DNA from: Burkholderiales bacterium
Lineage (GTDB): Bacteria; Pseudomonadota; Gammaproteobacteria; Burkholderiales; JBILQJ01
Reading direction: 5' to 3'
Assembly: GCA_044373325.1 (NCBI GenBank)
Contig: JBILQJ010000013.1
Span: forward strand, 1-42,405
DNA length: 42,405 bases
The notes under the pieces are model-generated. The model did no database searches. It was not told the DNA's origin and saw only the letters and a list, made by a program, of their open reading frames with translations. Positions 1 to 8,725 of this stretch are shown piece after piece; positions within the stretch are counted from its first letter, which is position 1, and each line of letters begins with the position of its first letter. A program made the position numbers and the translations under genes.

Positions 1-101
1 TTTGCGCCTTAAATTCACTGGGTTTCAAAATTACCAGTATCTCTGACGTGACGCCGGTTCCCCATAATGGGTGCCGTCCGTCTAAAAAACGTCGTATCTA
101 A
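1..101 (+). CDS. rpsK: 30S ribosomal protein S11, 3' partial
   Basis: Frame 3 translates ...[23 protein letters not shown], matching the conserved S11 C-terminus (E. coli ...[23 protein letters not shown]). Stop TAA at 99-101, and rpsD follows as in the alpha operon. Confidence 0.85.
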   Translation, partial: CALNSLGFKITSISDVTPVPHNGCRPSKKRRI

Positions 102-122
102 CTTCTCGGAGATTGTGAGAAT

Positions 123-743
123 ATGGCACGTTATACTGGTCCAAAATGTAAACTCTCGCGTCGCGAAGGCACTGATCTATTTTTGAAAAGTGCCCGTCGT
201 TCGCTAGACTCAAAATGTAATGTTGAGAGTCGCCCAGGTCAGCATGGTGCGAAAGTACCAAGACTTTCTGACTTTGGGACGCAACTAAGAGAAAAACAAA
301 AAATTCGTCGTATCTACGGTGTTTTAGAGCGTCAATTTCGTCGTTATTTTGCTGAAGCAGAAAGACGCAAAGGCTCAACAGGCGAGAATCTATTAAAACT
401 TCTTGAATCTCGTTTAGATAACGTTGTTTATCGTATGGGATATGGCTCTACTCGCGCAGAATCGCGTCAGTTAGTTAGCCATAAAGGAATTTTAGTGAAT
501 GGAAAAGTAGTTAACATTCCTTCTTTTTCAGTAAAAGTGGGTGATGTGGTCTCTATTCGTGATAAAGCCAAAAAGCAAGTTCGTATCCAAGAAGCATTGG
601 CACTAGCCCTGCAAATTGGTTTGCCAGCTTGGGTGTCTGTAGATTCCAATAAAATGGAAGGTACATTCAAATCAATGCCAGAGCGAGCTGAATTGTCTAG
701 TGAGATCAACGAACAATTAGTCGTTGAGTTCTACTCGAAGTAA
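123..743 (+). CDS. rpsD: 30S ribosomal protein S4
   Basis: 206 aa starting [23 protein letters not shown]; classic S4 N-terminus and length; position between rpsK and rpoA. Confidence 0.97.
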   Translation: MARYTGPKCKLSRREGTDLFLKSARRSLDSKCNVESRPGQHGAKVPRLSDFGTQLREKQKIRRIYGVLERQFRRYFAEAERRKGSTGENLLKLLESRLDNVVYRMGYGSTRAESRQLVSHKGILVNGKVVNIPSFSVKVGDVVSIRDKAKKQVRIQEALALALQIGLPAWVSVDSNKMEGTFKSMPERAELSSEINEQLVVEFYSK

Positions 744-771
744 TCTCGCTAGCTCCCTTTAGGAAGAGACT

Positions 772-1755
772 ATGCAAAGCAATGTTTCGGAATTTTTAAG
801 ACCCCGTTTGATCGATGTGCAGTCAATTTCGTCTACCCGTGCACGTGTTTCCATGGAACCTTTTGAGCGTGGTTATGCTCATACTTTAGGTAATGCTTTG
901 CGTCGCATATTGTTATCATCTATGCAAGGTTTTGCACCGACAGAGGTAACCATTGCTGGTGTGTTGCATGAATATTCTGCGTTAGATGGTGTTAAAGAAG
1001 ATGTCGTTGACATTTTACTTAACCTAAAAGGCGTGGTATTTAAACTGCACGGACGAGAGCAAGTTATTTTAGCTTTAAAAAAGACTGGAGAAGGTCCAGT
1101 TAAGGCTAGTGATATTCTGATGTCACATGATGTTGAGGTAATGAATCCTGAACATATCATTTGTAATTTGTCTGCTGGTGGTCAAATTGAGATGGAAATT
1201 AAAGTTGTAAAAGGACGTGGTTACCAACCCGTTTCGGCTCGTATTGGTAAAGATGATAATCGTACTATCGGAGCCATTCAACTTGATGCTTCTTTCTCGC
1301 CAGTTCGTTGTGTGAGTTTTTCAGTAGAAAATGCACGCGTAGAACAAAGAACAGACTTAGATCGCCTTATTTTAGATATAGAAACGAATGGTATTATTGA
1401 ATCGGAAGAAGCTGTTCGGCTTGCTGCACGGATTCTGATTGATCAATTATCTATTTTTGCTGACCTAAAAAGTAGTGAAGAAGAAGTGGTGGTAGAAAAA
1501 GCGCCACCAGTTGATCCTATCTTACTTCGTCCCGTCGATGACTTAGAGTTAACCGTTCGTTCTGCTAATTGTTTAAAAGCAGAAAATATTTATTATATTG
1601 GTGACTTGATTCAACGCACTGAAACCGAGTTATTAAAAACCCCAAATTTAGGACGAAAATCTTTGAATGAAATCAAAGAGGTTCTTGCTTCTAAGGGGTT
1701 GATGCTAGGTGTCAAACTTGATAATTGGCCACCAGAAGGCGCTGATAAGCCCTAA
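772..1755 (+). CDS. rpoA: DNA-directed RNA polymerase alpha subunit
   Basis: 327 aa; [16 protein letters not shown]...[13 protein letters not shown] is near-identical to the E. coli RpoA N-terminal domain; the C-terminal domain motif is present. Confidence 0.97.
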   Translation: MQSNVSEFLRPRLIDVQSISSTRARVSMEPFERGYAHTLGNALRRILLSSMQGFAPTEVTIAGVLHEYSALDGVKEDVVDILLNLKGVVFKLHGREQVILALKKTGEGPVKASDILMSHDVEVMNPEHIICNLSAGGQIEMEIKVVKGRGYQPVSARIGKDDNRTIGAIQLDASFSPVRCVSFSVENARVEQRTDLDRLILDIETNGIIESEEAVRLAARILIDQLSIFADLKSSEEEVVVEKAPPVDPILLRPVDDLELTVRSANCLKAENIYYIGDLIQRTETELLKTPNLGRKSLNEIKEVLASKGLMLGVKLDNWPPEGADKP

Positions 1756-1776
1756 GGTTGAAAAAAGGATAATATT

Positions 1777-2160
1777 ATGCGCCATCGCAATGGTAATCGT
1801 AAATTAAATCGTACCAGCAGCCATCGTATGGCTATGTTACGTAATATGGCAAATTCTTTGTTGCAGCACGAAATGATTATTACTACCGTGCCTAAAGCAA
1901 AAGAGTTACGCCGTATTGTTGAACCGCTTATTACATTAGGTAAGAAATCTTCTTTAGCTAATCGTCGTTTGGCTTTTGATCGTACTCGTGACAGAGATAT
2001 GGTTCTTAAGTTGTTTAGTGAATTGAGTGAGCGTTATGCGACTAGAAATGGTGGCTATACTCGAATCCTAAAATGCGGTTTCCGTAAAAATGACAATGCG
2101 CCTTTGGCTATGATAGAGTTAGTTGATCGTCCAGAAGTTGCAGAGCTAGAAGTTGCTTAA
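1777..2160 (+). CDS. rplQ: 50S ribosomal protein L17
   Basis: 127 aa; [56 protein letters not shown] matches L17; last gene of the alpha operon. Confidence 0.97.
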   Translation: MRHRNGNRKLNRTSSHRMAMLRNMANSLLQHEMIITTVPKAKELRRIVEPLITLGKKSSLANRRLAFDRTRDRDMVLKLFSELSERYATRNGGYTRILKCGFRKNDNAPLAMIELVDRPEVAELEVA

Positions 2161-2187
2161 TTTAATAGCAATGCTTTATCTTTGATA

Positions 2188-2222
2188 AAAAGCCGACAAG
2201 TTTACTTGTCGGCTTTTTCTTT
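2188..2222 (+). terminator. rho-independent terminator after rplQ
   Basis: Stem AGCCGACAAG / CTTGTCGGCT (2191-2200 / 2205-2214) with loop TTTA, followed by TTTTTCTTTC; sits 28 bp after the rplQ stop. Confidence 0.7.
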
Positions 2223-2238
2223 CGGATTCTAATTCGAT

Positions 2239-2627
2239 TCATACCTCAACTTTATAATTGAGTGTCATCTCGTCACCGCACATACCTCGAATGCCCCAGT
2301 TGGCTTTTGGTGTTTCAAAAAGTGTAATTTCCACGTCTTGTGTTTTTATACCTGTTCTTTCTTGAATATTCTGAAAAATCAGTTGAATAAGCATCTTTTT
2401 TGCTTCGGTGGTGCGGCCTTCAAAAAGACTGATTTCTATGATGGTGTAGTGTTCACTTCTATCATTTGGATAAAGAAACTCTGTTGGGTTTAGCGCAAGC
2501 AGTCGATGAAATTTTTTATCTTTTGGATAGGCTAAGGCGCTTATTACCGCATCATGGATTGCATCACTAATGACAGAGCCATGATGTTGTAAGGTTGTTT
2601 TTAACGCGTATATTTTGACTTGTCCCA
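2239..2627 (-). CDS. tautomerase-family (Tautomerase_3 / 4-OT-like) protein lacking Pro1
   Basis: The track ORF 2239..2745 has a 40-aa N-terminal extension that overlaps an intergenic palindromic copy. An internal ATG at 2625-2627 has an excellent SD (AAAGAGGAAGTAAGT-ATG). The 128-aa product MGQVKIYALK...EGRTTEAKKML...DVEITLFETPKANWGIRG fits the ~130-aa tautomerase-superfamily pattern. Confidence 0.6.
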
Positions 2628-2716
2628 TACTTACTTCCTCTTTATTGAAAGTTGATCGTATCCAGCTTGCTACATTACCGTTTGGTAATATGAAAGATAA
2701 TACGTTAATCAAATGA

Positions 2717-2765
2717 TTGCGGCCAACTTTTTTGTCCAAAAACAAGGAAAAAAGGTTGGCCGCAA
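2717..2765. repeat. GGCCAACC palindromic element copy 1 (left arm slightly degenerate)
   Basis: TTGCGGCCAACTTTTTTG-[tccaaaaacaagg]-AAAAAAGGTTGGCCGCAA. Confidence 0.85.
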
Positions 2766-2793
2766 TGCTTAAAAAAAGAGATAGTTAGGGTTT

Positions 2794-3891
2794 TTATGTT
2801 GAGGTTTCTGTTCTAGCGCGCCCACGTTGCGTTGTGAGTGGTAATCGAATGCTCATGATAAGGCCGTGGGTATCGGTTCTGTTTTGAGCAACTATTGTTC
2901 CTTTGTGAGCAATCACGGCACGTTCAGAAATCGCCAACCCCAATCCAAAGCCACGAGGTTGATTGTCTACCCTGACAAAAGGTTTGAAAATGTGCTCTAA
3001 ATCTTTTTCAGGTACGCCTGGCCCTTCATCAATCACGCCAATTAAAACAAATTCACCATCTTCAGCGGATTCGAGTACGATCCAAACATTAACGGTTGTA
3101 TTCTCTTCAGAATATTTCACGGCATTTCGTATGATGTTTTCAATGGCACGGTAAAGGAGTTCTGGCTGTGCATCTAGCCATATTTCAATTTTTGGTTGTA
3201 TGAAATTGACGGCTTTGTTGTAGGATTGAGCCTCAAAATCAGCATCGTCTGCGATTTGAGCAACGCTTTCTACCAAGGCAATGCGTTCGATTTTTTGTTG
3301 TTGTAAAATGCCAGAATCTAAACGAGACAGGGTTAAGAGTTCTCCAACGAGTTCATCCAGCTGATTGGCTTCTCTTTCTATTCTCAGGATGGTTTCTTCG
3401 ATTTTGAGCGGATTTTGGCGCACGAGTCCAACGGCAGCATGCATGCGAGCTAAGGGCGAACGCAGTTCATGAGAAACATCGTGCAAGAGATTTTGTTGTG
3501 CGACCATCAATTTTTCAAGTTTTCTGACCATATTATCAAAATCATTTGAAAGGTCAGACAATTCATCTCGACGTCCTTTGAATTTGGGAGAAATTTTAAT
3601 ATTAAAATTGCCTGTGCCAATCTCTTTGAATACTTGGCGTAAATAACGAACTGGGCGAGCGATATATAATGAAAGCAAGGTGCTCACCGATAAGCTGGCC
3701 AGTAAACCGATTAACATCCAAATGCTTGGAGAAAGCGCTGCAAAATCGAGTATGGTTTCGGACGCTGGAATGCCATCAATGGGTACATCGCTTTGTTTTT
3801 GATAGAGCCAAACTACCCCAACCACCGTCAGATTGATAATCAGAGAAGTTCCTAAAAAAGCTAAAAAGATTTTCCAAAATAAACGTCCCAT
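2794..3891 (-). CDS. sensor histidine kinase (CpxA/MisS-like; two TMs, very short periplasmic loop, HAMP, HisKA, HATPase)
   Basis: 365 aa; H-box LHDVSHELRSPLARM; N and G boxes (IIRNAVKYS, DEGPGVP, GFGLGLAI); two N-terminal TM helices separated by a ~25-aa loop. Confidence 0.85.
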   Translation of the reverse strand: MGRLFWKIFLAFLGTSLIINLTVVGVVWLYQKQSDVPIDGIPASETILDFAALSPSIWMLIGLLASLSVSTLLSLYIARPVRYLRQVFKEIGTGNFNIKISPKFKGRRDELSDLSNDFDNMVRKLEKLMVAQQNLLHDVSHELRSPLARMHAAVGLVRQNPLKIEETILRIEREANQLDELVGELLTLSRLDSGILQQQKIERIALVESVAQIADDADFEAQSYNKAVNFIQPKIEIWLDAQPELLYRAIENIIRNAVKYSEENTTVNVWIVLESAEDGEFVLIGVIDEGPGVPEKDLEHIFKPFVRVDNQPRGFGLGLAISERAVIAHKGTIVAQNRTDTHGLIMSIRLPLTTQRGRARTETST

Positions 3892-3984
3892 AATGATTTC
3901 TTTCGTTTTAAAAATGAATTTATTTTTTGACTCTGTATGGATTTAAATCCAAGCCTTAACTCTAACCCGAATTGGCTTTAATGA

Positions 3985-4020
3985 AAACCCCATTACGAAA
4001 AGCATTTCATAATGGGGTTT
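3985..4020 (-). other. perfect 11-bp stem-loop in the 162-bp gap between the RR and HK genes
   Basis: AAACCCCATTA-[14 nt]-TAATGGGGTTT; on the coding (minus) strand it is followed only by a short TTTTC run. Confidence 0.35.
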
Positions 4021-4053
4021 GGTTTATCGGGGCTGATTACGATGAAGGCGTCA

Positions 4054-4758
4054 TTATTGCAAACGGATTAACATATAACCAGAGCCTCGGACGGTTTGTA
4101 TCCACGAGCGGCCATCGGGTGTTTTGCCTAATTTTTGGCGTATGCTACAAATATGAACGTCAACGCTGCGATCAAAGCGAGACAATGGCCGAGATAAAGC
4201 ATCTTGAGACAATTGGGTTTTACTGACGACTTTGCCTGCTTGTCGTGCCAAGGCTTCCAATAGGCTGAATTCTGCGCCAGTTAAGTCCAAATCGTGATCT
4301 TTCCACACGGCACGGCGTTGTTCTAAATACAAAGTTAAATCGCCTTGTGTTAATTCGCTTGATTCTATGGTAACGGGCAAGTGATTTTTTGTACGGCGCA
4401 AAATGGCGCGGATGCGTGCGATGAGTTCACGAGGTACGCAAGGCTTGGTGACATAATCGTCAGCTTCGAGCTCTAGTCCGATGATGCGATCGATTTCTTC
4501 ACCGCGTGCGGTTAATAAAATCACGGGTACTGAATTTTCAGCACGGATACGACGTAAGGCTTCAATGCCGTTTAATTTGGGCATCATGACATCTAAGACC
4601 ACCAAATCAAAGTGCTTAGACAGCGCCATAGAAACACCCGCTTCACCATCATGGGCAATCGAAACTTCAAAATTTTCTTGCTCGGCATATTCTTTGAGCA
4701 TAGAAACGAGAACAACGTCATCATCAACAAAAAGTAGTTTGAGTGGGGCGCTAGACAT
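4054..4758 (-). CDS. OmpR-family response regulator (CpxR/MisR-like)
   Basis: 234 aa; receiver domain (LLFVDDD...D54...LTARGEEIDRIIGLELEADDYVTKP) plus a winged-helix domain with LTGAEFSLLEALA, SRFDRSVDVHICSIRQKL and RGSGYML, close to E. coli CpxR. Confidence 0.9.
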   Translation of the reverse strand: MSSAPLKLLFVDDDVVLVSMLKEYAEQENFEVSIAHDGEAGVSMALSKHFDLVVLDVMMPKLNGIEALRRIRAENSVPVILLTARGEEIDRIIGLELEADDYVTKPCVPRELIARIRAILRRTKNHLPVTIESSELTQGDLTLYLEQRRAVWKDHDLDLTGAEFSLLEALARQAGKVVSKTQLSQDALSRPLSRFDRSVDVHICSIRQKLGKTPDGRSWIQTVRGSGYMLIRLQ

Positions 4759-4987
4759 GATTTTTCCTTTTTAAAAATTTAAGGGTTTAAATGGGTTAAT
4801 TTACAGCTGAAAACAGCGATGAAAAGTTGCAATCACCTTGTTTTTATATCGACAAGTAATGATGATGTCCTGATTATAGCCAAATGTTAAGAATACTCCA
4901 GCTTTAATGTAAAATAATTTGATAAAAATTGTATTTGTTCTTGCTTTAGTTGAGTTGTTTTTATTTAAATCTTTGATTTTTAATCAG

Positions 4988-5037
4988 TTGTGGTCAATAT
5001 TTTTATCCGAAAATTGGGCAAAAAGGTTGGCCGCACG
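4988..5037. repeat. palindromic element copy 2 (left arm decayed)
   Basis: TTGTGGTCAATATTTTT-[atccgaaaattgggc]-AAAAAGGTTGGCCGCAC. Confidence 0.6.
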
Positions 5038-5317
5038 ATTTCTAATCGGTGAATTCTGCTGGTAGAATAAGGCTAGGGTTTCCACTTTTGGCATTACAAA
5101 AAAATGAGTTTTGTGACTAAGCGCTTAAACATCGGCGGCAGTAGCGCGTTAAAGTGGCTTATGAACTGGCTTGCTAAAATAAGGCTAGCCCAGTCATTTT
5201 TTGCTTACCAAGGCGTTGGGTTTTTTTGGTTCGCGCGATTTTTTTATCACGATATGTCGGTTTCAAGTGTAGGATAGTTTTTTACCTGCATCCGCGCATA
5301 TTAACGAGGAGACACAC

Positions 5318-6961
5318 ATGCCCGCCTATACCGATAAAACAAAGCTCAATCTTACTTATTTTCAAACCCAATCACTCAACATGCCTCAATTTAAAAAAAT
5401 GGCCTTGGCGTTTGTGGTTTTGGCTGCGACGGCCAATTTAGCGCAAGCCGCTGGCACTTTGGTGTATTGTTCGGATGCCAGCCCTGTTTTTTTTGATGGC
5501 GCGCAATCGAATTCAGGTACCGATTTTAATGCGGGTTCTCGCGCCATGTTTGATACTTTGCTGGCTTACAAGCCAGGGACTACCGAATTGATTCCGAGTT
5601 TGGCTAAAACATGGGACATTTCAGCGGATGGCAAAACCTATATTTTTCATTTGCGCGAGGGCGTAAAGTTTCACACCACCGATTATTTTAAACCCACGCG
5701 CACCTTGCAAGCCGAAGATGTGGTGTTCAGTTTTGGGCGCATGGTCAATCCGCAGCACCCCGCCAATAAAGTTTATCCTGTTGAATATCCTTATGTGGTT
5801 TCTACGGGCTTGAGGGCGAATATTGCGTCCATTAAAAAAATCGATGCCTTGACGGTTGAATTCAAATTAAAAGAAGTCGATGCGCCATTTTTGTCTAAAG
5901 TGGCGATGGCTTTTGCTGCGATACAATCGGTCGAGTACGCGCAACAATTGGCTAATGCGGGGCGGTTGTCCGATATCAATCACAAGCCAATCGGTACGGG
6001 GCCATTTGTGTTCGGCAGTTACGTCAAAGATGAGGTCATTCGTTACAACGGCAATGTTGAGTATTGGAATCCTGCGGCGATTAAATTGGATAAATTGGTC
6101 TTTGCAATTACCAAAGATGCGGCGGTGCGTTCGCAAAAGCTGACTAAAGGCGAGTGCGATTTGATTGCCAACGCCAATCCTGCGGATATTGCCGCAATGA
6201 AAGCCCATCCTGCTTTAAAAATAGAAACGGGTACTTCGCTCAACGTGGCTTATGTGGCTTACAACACTGAAAAAGCCGAGTTGAAAAATCCGCTGGTGCG
6301 GCAAGCGTTAGATCTGGTCATCGACAGGCAAGCCATTGTTGCGGCGGCTTATCAAGGCTATGCCAAATCGGCGGCCAGCTTTTATCCGCCCATTTTGTGG
6401 TCGCACAATCGCAGCCTCAAAAACGCGGCAGCCGACCTCACCAAAGCCCGTGCTTTGTTGGCCAAAGCAGGTTATCCAAATGGTTTTGAAACCGATTTAT
6501 GGGCTTTGACCAGTAATCCGATTCGCAAAATCACCGCCGAATTAATCCAAGCTGATTGGGCAAAAATTGGTGTAAAAGCGAACATTGTGACCTTTGAATG
6601 GGGCGAATTTTTAAAGCGCATCAAACAAGGCGAGCACAAAACCACGTTGATGGGTTGGACGGCGGATTATGCCGACCCCGATGGATTTGCCAGCCCTTTA
6701 TTGACCTGTAAAGCCGTTAATGGCGTGAATTTTGCACGCTATTGCGCCCCAGAATTTGAAGCATTAGTGAATAAAGCTGTAAATATCACCAACGTGGCCG
6801 AACGAACCCAGCTTTACGAACTAGCGCAAACGGTGTTTAAAGCCGATTTGCCTTGGTCGCCCATTGCCTACGCTTCGATTAATCAACCCATGCGAAAAAT
6901 GGTGCAAGGCTTTAAAGTGGGTGCTTTTGGTGAATATGATTTCCGTTATGTGAGTAAATAA
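5318..6961 (+). CDS. dppA: ABC transporter substrate-binding protein, DppA family (family 5 SBP), paralogue 1
   Basis: Signal peptide MPQFKKMALAFVVLAATANLAQA followed by AGTLVYCSDASP...; DppA-like throughout (E. coli DppA KTLVYCSEGSPEGF...). The ATG at 5318 has a strong SD (GAGGAG-6nt-ATG) but gives a 21-aa N-terminal extension; alternative ATGs at 5381 and 5399 have no SD. Confidence 0.85.
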   Translation: MPAYTDKTKLNLTYFQTQSLNMPQFKKMALAFVVLAATANLAQAAGTLVYCSDASPVFFDGAQSNSGTDFNAGSRAMFDTLLAYKPGTTELIPSLAKTWDISADGKTYIFHLREGVKFHTTDYFKPTRTLQAEDVVFSFGRMVNPQHPANKVYPVEYPYVVSTGLRANIASIKKIDALTVEFKLKEVDAPFLSKVAMAFAAIQSVEYAQQLANAGRLSDINHKPIGTGPFVFGSYVKDEVIRYNGNVEYWNPAAIKLDKLVFAITKDAAVRSQKLTKGECDLIANANPADIAAMKAHPALKIETGTSLNVAYVAYNTEKAELKNPLVRQALDLVIDRQAIVAAAYQGYAKSAASFYPPILWSHNRSLKNAAADLTKARALLAKAGYPNGFETDLWALTSNPIRKITAELIQADWAKIGVKANIVTFEWGEFLKRIKQGEHKTTLMGWTADYADPDGFASPLLTCKAVNGVNFARYCAPEFEALVNKAVNITNVAERTQLYELAQTVFKADLPWSPIAYASINQPMRKMVQGFKVGAFGEYDFRYVSK

Positions 6962-6985
6962 CCCTGTCTTTTTTATGACTAACCC

Positions 6986-7033
6986 TTGCGGCCAACCTTT
7001 TTCTGAAAAATCAGGGAAAAAGGTTGGCCGCAA
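6986..7033. repeat. palindromic element copy 3
   Basis: TTGCGGCCAACCTTTTTCTGAAAAATCAGGGAAAAAGGTTGGCCGCAAG, preceded by the shared 20-bp flank CTTTTTTATGACTAACCCTTG (6968-6988). Confidence 0.95.
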
Positions 7034-7145
7034 GAGTTCTCAACATTAATAAACAAGACAAAACCGCTTTCATTGCGCTAAAATGGCGCGTTTTAAGCGA
7101 CAATGTGTCATTTTGCACCATCAACCCTCATTTTTGAAAGTTTTT

Positions 7146-8531
7146 ATGAACGAACTCTTGAGCAAATTCATTCCGATTATTTTCGCTATTTTATTCCTCA
7201 GCTTGATTGTTTATGTCGCGGTGTTGATTTTTAAACTGCGCCGAGTGGTGCCAACCAATGAAGTGCACATTATCCAATCGAGCAAAACCACCATGTCGTA
7301 CGGCAAAGACACCGAAAACGGCAACACCTATTATGAGTGGCCATCTTGGATGCCAAAAATCGGTTTGACCAAAATCATTTTGCCCGTCAGCGTGTTTGAT
7401 TTGGACTTGCAAGACTACGAAGCTTATGACAAAGGGCGCTTGCCGTTTGTTGTGGATGTGAAGTCCTTCTTTCGCATACACGACTCCAACCTTGCGGCGC
7501 AACGCGTGGCCTCATTTGACGACTTAAAAAGCCAACTTAAAGCCATTGTACAAGGCGCGGTGCGCACCATTTTGGCCTCCAACGAAATTGAAGCCATCAT
7601 GCAAGGGCGATCGGAGTTTGGCGAAGCATTTACCTCCGAAGTCAGAGAGCAGCTCACCAATTGGGGCGTGGTTCCTGTCAAAAACATTGAATTAATGGAC
7701 ATTCGCGACGCGACGGACAGTCAAGTGATACACAACATCATGGAAAAGAAAAAATCCCTGATTGAAATGCAAAGCCGCTCAGAAGTGGCCGAAAATATGA
7801 AAACCGCCAAAGTCGCCGAAATCAACGCCAAGCGTGAAACCGAAGTTCAGGAACAAGACGCCATCCAAAAAGTGGGCGAGCGCAAAGCCGAAACCGACAA
7901 AGCGGTTGGGATTGCCAATGAAAAATCCACTCAAGAAATTGCCGAACAAGTCAAAATCACCAAAGAACGCCAAATGGAAGTGGTGAAAGTGACTGAAGTC
8001 AAGCAAGCCGAAATCACCAAAGAAGTGCAATTGGTCAAGGCCGAACAAGACAAGCAAACCAGCATTATTAACGCCGAAGCGGCCAAGCAAAAACTCATGA
8101 TTGTGGCGGAGGGCGAAAAGCAAAAAACCGTTTTGGATGCGGAAGGGTTGCTCGAGTCCAAACAACGTGAATCGCAAGGGATTGCGCTGGAAGGTCAAGC
8201 TCGCGCAGATGCAGAAAAAGCCATGCAATTGGCGCCCGTTCAAGCGCAAATCGTGTTGGCCAACGAAATTGGTAGCAACGACAAATATCAGCAGTATTTG
8301 TTGGCGGTTGAACAAATTAAAGCCAATCAAGTTGTGGGTGTCGAACAAGCGCGTGCGCTTGAGAAAGCCGACATTAAAATTATTGCCAACACCGGCGATG
8401 TCAGCTCTGGCATCAGCAATTTGGGCGATGTTTTGAGCTCAAAAGGCGGTACGTCATTGGCGGCAATGCTTGAAGGTTTGTCGCAAACCGACGCTGGCAA
8501 AGCATTGGTGAATAAAATTTCGGGGAAGTAA
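7146..8531 (+). CDS. flotillin/SPFH (band 7) domain protein, YqiK/FloT-like
   Basis: N-terminal TM helix (FIPIIFAILFLSLIVYVAVLIF), an SPFH core, then a long E/A/K/Q-rich coiled coil (flotillin tail). The start is taken at the internal ATG (MNELLSKF); the track ORF begins 21 codons earlier. Confidence 0.8.
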   Translation: MNELLSKFIPIIFAILFLSLIVYVAVLIFKLRRVVPTNEVHIIQSSKTTMSYGKDTENGNTYYEWPSWMPKIGLTKIILPVSVFDLDLQDYEAYDKGRLPFVVDVKSFFRIHDSNLAAQRVASFDDLKSQLKAIVQGAVRTILASNEIEAIMQGRSEFGEAFTSEVREQLTNWGVVPVKNIELMDIRDATDSQVIHNIMEKKKSLIEMQSRSEVAENMKTAKVAEINAKRETEVQEQDAIQKVGERKAETDKAVGIANEKSTQEIAEQVKITKERQMEVVKVTEVKQAEITKEVQLVKAEQDKQTSIINAEAAKQKLMIVAEGEKQKTVLDAEGLLESKQRESQGIALEGQARADAEKAMQLAPVQAQIVLANEIGSNDKYQQYLLAVEQIKANQVVGVEQARALEKADIKIIANTGDVSSGISNLGDVLSSKGGTSLAAMLEGLSQTDAGKALVNKISGK

Positions 8532-8584
8532 TCGGTTTTTATCACACGTTTGAATCTGAGTGAGCTTTGTTTTTTTATGACTAA

Positions 8585-8638
8585 CCCTTGTGGCCAACCT
8601 TTTTCTGAAAAATCAGGGGAAAAGGTTGGCCGCAAGGG
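8585..8638. repeat. palindromic element copy 4
   Basis: CCCTTGTGGCCAACCTTTTTCTGAAAAATCAGGGGAAAAGGTTGGCCGCAAGGG, with the same 20-bp 5' flank (8571-8590) as copy 3. Confidence 0.95.
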
Positions 8639-8725
8639 TTTTGTGTTGTTGGCGTTTAAACTGCGTTAGAATAGTGGTTTTTTCTAGCGCTAAAAACAAG
8701 GGCTAGTCAACACAGGCGATGAACC

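Noticed and set aside
3972-4226. 84-aa + strand ORF in the RR/HK spacer, overlapping the RR gene 3' end
   Set aside because: No SD, low-complexity product, and it overlaps a well-supported CDS on the opposite strand. The spacer is better explained as a structured RNA region.
5226-5441. 71-aa ORF overlapping the dppA1 start
   Set aside because: Out-of-frame overlap with a strongly supported gene; no RBS; W/R/L-rich junk composition.
7779-8348. 189-aa antisense ORF (F/G/L-rich) within the flotillin coiled-coil region
   Set aside because: The antisense frame of a GAA/GCC/AAA-rich coiled-coil coding sequence is expected to stay open by chance; the composition is non-protein-like.
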